Assembly (NCBI GenBank): GCA_039208735.1
Contig: JBCCQY010000113.1
Location: 1 to 29,243 of the forward strand
Source: Myxococcota bacterium
GTDB taxonomy: Bacteria > Myxococcota_A > UBA796 > GCA-2862545
Direction of reading: 5' to 3'
DNA: 29,243 nt
Numbering within the stretch: position 1 is the first letter of the stretch; each line of letters opens with the position of its first letter. The translations under genes were made by a program, and so were the position numbers. Positions 25,745 through 29,243 of the stretch are shown in pieces. Under the pieces are notes generated by a model that saw only the letters and a list, made by a program, of their open reading frames with translations, did no database searches and had not been told where the DNA came from.

Positions 25745-26833
25745 ATGTCCCCGAACCTCGGACGATCCAGAGCGAGACGCTCCCTTGGTCCGCTCCTGAT
25801 TTCCCTTTGCCTTTCAGGGCTTGCGTGCAGCGAGCCCTCCTCGGCCCCGCCTGCCGCGTCGGGCCCTCGACTTGCCGTCCAAGTCGCAGAGGTCCTGCCT
25901 GCACCCAAGGAGCGTCCCGTATTGCTTCATGGAGTGACCCGAGCCAGCGCCCGGGCGGCCCTCTCCTTCACCGTTCCCGGCCGACTTGCTGCGCGCAAGG
26001 TCGACTTAGGGTCGGAGGTGGAGGTCGGGGACCCGATCGCGTTCCTCGATGCTGCGCCCTTTGAACACGATCTGGATGCCGCCCAGGCCCGTGTCCGGGA
26101 CCTCACGGCCCGACTGCAGCAAGTGCGCGGGGACCGGGCGCGCCTCGAGTCGCTCGACGTGGGGCAGTCGGTGACCGCCTCCGAACTCGAAGGGGCCAAA
26201 GCCCAGGTCACGGGGGTCGCAGCCACGCTTGAAGGTGCCCGAGCCACGGCAGCCCAGGCGGAACGCCGCCGCGACGAAGCCACGCTTCGTGCTCCAATTG
26301 GCGGATCGGTGGTCGCGGTGCTCGCCGAGCCCGGCGAAGCGGTGGCGGCTGGCCAACCCATCGCGATGCTGTCGGGGGCGGGCGCGGTGGAGATCGAGGT
26401 CCAAGCCCCCGAGCCCGTGTGGGCGCATATGTCGGTCGGCGACCCGGCTGAGGTCGACCTGCCCGGCATCGGACGCTCCGTCACCGGCGTCGTGACCTCG
26501 GTCGCCACCGCCGCGCGCACCGCGGGCCTCATGCCCTTGGTCGTGACCATCCAGGATCCGGACGTCGCCGCGGGGTTGACCGCCAATGTGATGCTTTCCG
26601 TACCGGTCGACGGCGACGTGTTGATCCCCATTTCTGCGATCGTGGATCCCGTTGGTGGAACGTCGTTTGTCTACGTCCTTGAAGAGGAGCACGTCGCGCG
26701 GCGACCCATTCGGCCCCAGCACCTCGTGCGGGACGAGGTGGTTGTGCGCGGCGAACTCGAGGTGGCCGACCGCGTTGTGGTTGCGGGCCAGCAACGGCTC
26801 ATTGACGGCGATGTCGTGGAGGTGACGCCATGA
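25745..26833 (+). CDS. RND efflux periplasmic adaptor (MFP) lipoprotein
   Basis: GGAGG precedes ATG 25745. Lipobox GLA-C. Motifs LSFTVPGRL..V..G..V..GD, TLRAPIGG.V, IPISAI, VVVAGQQRLIDGDVV. Confidence 0.95.
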   Translation: MSPNLGRSRARRSLGPLLISLCLSGLACSEPSSAPPAASGPRLAVQVAEVLPAPKERPVLLHGVTRASARAALSFTVPGRLAARKVDLGSEVEVGDPIAFLDAAPFEHDLDAAQARVRDLTARLQQVRGDRARLESLDVGQSVTASELEGAKAQVTGVAATLEGARATAAQAERRRDEATLRAPIGGSVVAVLAEPGEAVAAGQPIAMLSGAGAVEIEVQAPEPVWAHMSVGDPAEVDLPGIGRSVTGVVTSVATAARTAGLMPLVVTIQDPDVAAGLTANVMLSVPVDGDVLIPISAIVDPVGGTSFVYVLEEEHVARRPIRPQHLVRDEVVVRGELEVADRVVVAGQQRLIDGDVVEVTP

Positions 26834-29243
26834 ACGGCGGGCTGGTTGCCTTGTTGGGCCGTTCGAGGCTGGTCGGGGTTCTCGTGGTGCTGTCGGCGTT
26901 GGTGGGCTTGCTCGCATGGAGCACGATGCCGCGCCAAGAAGATCCGTCTTTTCCCAAACGACTTGCCACGCTCGCCGTGCCATGGCCGGGGGCCGACCCG
27001 ATTCGGGTGGAGCGGCTGGTCATGCGTCCCCTCGAAGACGCGTTGGCCGATGTCCCAGAGATTGACTCGGTCGTTGGAACCGCGCGGACGGGCTTGGCGG
27101 TCTTTGGCATCCAATTGAAGGAAAGCATCTACGACACCGATGCGGCCTGGAACGAGGTTCGTCATGCCTTGGAATTGGGCGAGCGGAGCCTTCCGGGGGC
27201 AGCGGGCCCGCTCACGTTCGACACCCGGGTCATGGATCCAGCCAGCCTGGTGTTGATGGTCACGGGTTCCAGCGACTTGCTGACCCTTCGAGATGCCGCC
27301 GTGCAGCTCGAAGATGCGCTCATTGGTGTGAACGGGGTGGCTCGAGTGGAGCTGCTTGCCGACCCGGGTGAGCAAATCAGCATTCGTGTGGAGTCGGCAC
27401 TTGCGGACCGGCTGGGGCTCGACGCGGGCACCCTGGCGCAAGTGTTGTCGGCTCGAAACGCGGTCTTGCCGAGCGGCAACCTCGACGTCGGCGATCGAAG
27501 CGCGGTACTCGCCCCTCGGTCCGAACTCACCAACGTGGGTGACTTCCAGCGTACACCCTGGTTGCTGCCCGGTGGTTCCGCGGTTCCGCTAGGCGAAATC
27601 GCCGACGTCACTCGCGAACCGACACGAATCTCCACCGCTCGCCTCTTTCACAACGGCCAACCCGCGGTGGGCCTTTCGATTGTCCCCGAACTCCCGCAAG
27701 ACATGGTTGCCTTTGGCCAAGCGGTCCGCAAACGGGTCGAACAGGTGCGCCCCAAGCTGGCCCAAGAAGGGCTTACGATCCAGACCTTCGCCGATCAACC
27801 CGCGCAGGTAGCCCGCCGACTGGGTAGCCTGACGATGGCCCTGGTTTCGAGCGTTGTCATCGTCGCGATCGTGTTGCTGGTCTCGATGGGACCCCGGCTT
27901 GGCCTTGTGGTTTCGAGTATCGTGCCGCTGGTCGCGCTTGCGACGGTCGCGGCGTACGCGATGCTCGGTGGCGTGTTGCACCAGACGTCGGTGGCGGCCC
28001 TTGTGCTGTCCCTCGGCCTGGTTGTGGACAACGCGATCGTCGTGTCCGAGACCGTGCAGCGCAACCTCGACGAAGGCATGGCCCGCTACGAAGCTGGAAT
28101 CGACGCCGTTCGCTCCCTTGCCGTTCCTCTTGGAACAGCCACTGGCACGACCGTTGCCGCCTTCGTTCCAATGTTGCTGTCGTTTGGCATTACGGCAGAC
28201 TTCACCCGGGCCATCCCCGTGGTGGTGATGATCGCGCTCGTGCTCTCGTATGGGTTTGCCCTCACCGCCACGCCGCTATTGTCGGTGGCCGCGTTGCGCA
28301 AGCGGCCCGCGAAGGTCTCGGAGGGTTGGCTGGCCCGCGCGATGGCCCGACTCGCGGACGCGGTGGTCGCTTCGCCGGGTCGATCCCTGGGCTGGGTCAG
28401 TGTCGCGCTCCTGGCGGCCTTGGCCCTCACCCCACTCGTCAATCAACAGTTTTTCCCATTGTCGGACCGTCCCATTGTGATGGTCAGTCTATCGATGGCC
28501 GAAGGAACCCACCTGGGTACGACCCAAGGCGTCACCCAACACCTGGAACGAAACCTCGCCGATGTCGAGGGGGTTGAGTCAATCACCTCGTTTGTGGGCC
28601 GTGGACCACCCCGCTTCTACTACAACTTGCGGCCCCCCTCCTCGAGCCCGCACGCCGCTACCTTGGTCATTCGAACCGATGGCGTGGTTCACCCGTCGCA
28701 CATCATGGATGAAGTCCGTACGCTCGCCCGCCAACTCCCTGCCGCCACTATCGTTCCACGTCGGCTCCAACAGGGGCCTTCGGTGCTCGCTCCGGTCGAG
28801 ATTCGCCTCATGGGCCGTTCCCTCGAGGATCTCGCCACTGCCCGGGACCGTGTCGTTGAGGCCCTTCGCACCTTGCCGGGGCTTCGCGACATTCGCAGTG
28901 ACCTTGGGCTTGGGATTCCAACCATCACCTGGGACATCGACGATGCGGCAGCTGGACGCCGCGGGGTGTCGCGGAGCGACGTCACCCGGTCGCTGCTCGC
29001 GAGTACCCAGGGCATCACCGCGGGCGTCGTGCGAGATGGGCGGGAGCCGGTTCCCGTCGTCGTCGGAGCGCCGTACGGGTCGCAGATGCCCGCCGAAGCG
29101 CTGTCGACCACCTCGATCGGCACGCCTGGCAAAGCCGCCACGCCATTGGCCGCGATGGCCCAGGAGGGGTTGGCGTGGAGCCCCGCCGCTATCCGACGCC
29201 GCGACCGGGAGCGGGTGGTGACCGTACTGGCCGAACTCGATGG
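26830..29243 (+). CDS. RND efflux permease (AcrB/AcrD/AcrF family), truncated by the window end
   Basis: Not in the ORF track because there is no stop in the window. The ATG overlaps the MFP stop (ATGA). It translates as MNGGLVALLGRSRL..MPRQEDP, WPGADPIRVERLV..PLE, LGLVVDNAIVV, QQFFPLSDRP, GRGPPRFYYN. Confidence 0.95.
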   Translation, partial: MNGGLVALLGRSRLVGVLVVLSALVGLLAWSTMPRQEDPSFPKRLATLAVPWPGADPIRVERLVMRPLEDALADVPEIDSVVGTARTGLAVFGIQLKESIYDTDAAWNEVRHALELGERSLPGAAGPLTFDTRVMDPASLVLMVTGSSDLLTLRDAAVQLEDALIGVNGVARVELLADPGEQISIRVESALADRLGLDAGTLAQVLSARNAVLPSGNLDVGDRSAVLAPRSELTNVGDFQRTPWLLPGGSAVPLGEIADVTREPTRISTARLFHNGQPAVGLSIVPELPQDMVAFGQAVRKRVEQVRPKLAQEGLTIQTFADQPAQVARRLGSLTMALVSSVVIVAIVLLVSMGPRLGLVVSSIVPLVALATVAAYAMLGGVLHQTSVAALVLSLGLVVDNAIVVSETVQRNLDEGMARYEAGIDAVRSLAVPLGTATGTTVAAFVPMLLSFGITADFTRAIPVVVMIALVLSYGFALTATPLLSVAALRKRPAKVSEGWLARAMARLADAVVASPGRSLGWVSVALLAALALTPLVNQQFFPLSDRPIVMVSLSMAEGTHLGTTQGVTQHLERNLADVEGVESITSFVGRGPPRFYYNLRPPSSSPHAATLVIRTDGVVHPSHIMDEVRTLARQLPAATIVPRRLQQGPSVLAPVEIRLMGRSLEDLATARDRVVEALRTLPGLRDIRSDLGLGIPTITWDIDDAAAGRRGVSRSDVTRSLLASTQGITAGVVRDGREPVPVVVGAPYGSQMPAEALSTTSIGTPGKAATPLAAMAQEGLAWSPAAIRRRDRERVVTVLAELD

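Noticed and set aside
1..29243. CRISPR arrays, tRNA/rRNA genes, riboswitches, intrinsic terminators
   Set aside because: No regularly spaced repeat-spacer array, recognisable structural RNA or convincing hairpin-plus-U-tract was seen by eye. A covariance-model search would be needed to exclude small RNAs.

Overview
GC-rich bacterial DNA, rich in lipoproteins and possibly from a Myxococcota-like organism (inference only). The left ~9.3 kb is an accessory island. It opens with a 111-bp fold-back inverted duplication inside a decayed IS256. Four IS5/IS903-group remnants follow, including a 175-bp MITE with perfect 17-bp TIRs. These remnants separate single cargo units: an orphan gene, a 1112-aa Upf1/DNA2-like SF1 helicase, and a lipoprotein plus a TIR-transmembrane-helical-bundle gene. 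The remainder holds: a divergent GlxA/DJ-1 pair; an Ig-like protein; a Fur-box-preceded HmuT-like binding protein (heme-ligand Tyr replaced by Asp) with DUF6607; a Cys-rich M64-like metallopeptidase; a Tat-exported DUF1501 with a two-CxxCH DUF1549/DUF1553-like lipoprotein; a frameshifted membrane-protein gene; a GH26 (beta-1,3-xylanase-like) lipoprotein; a stand-alone CpaF/TadA N-terminal domain; and a divergent TolC / MFP-RND efflux locus running off the right end. The best candidates for new biology are the receptor-like TIR protein, the IS-bounded helicase and the peptidase-DUF1501-cytochrome cluster. All family calls come from motif recognition by eye, not from database searches.
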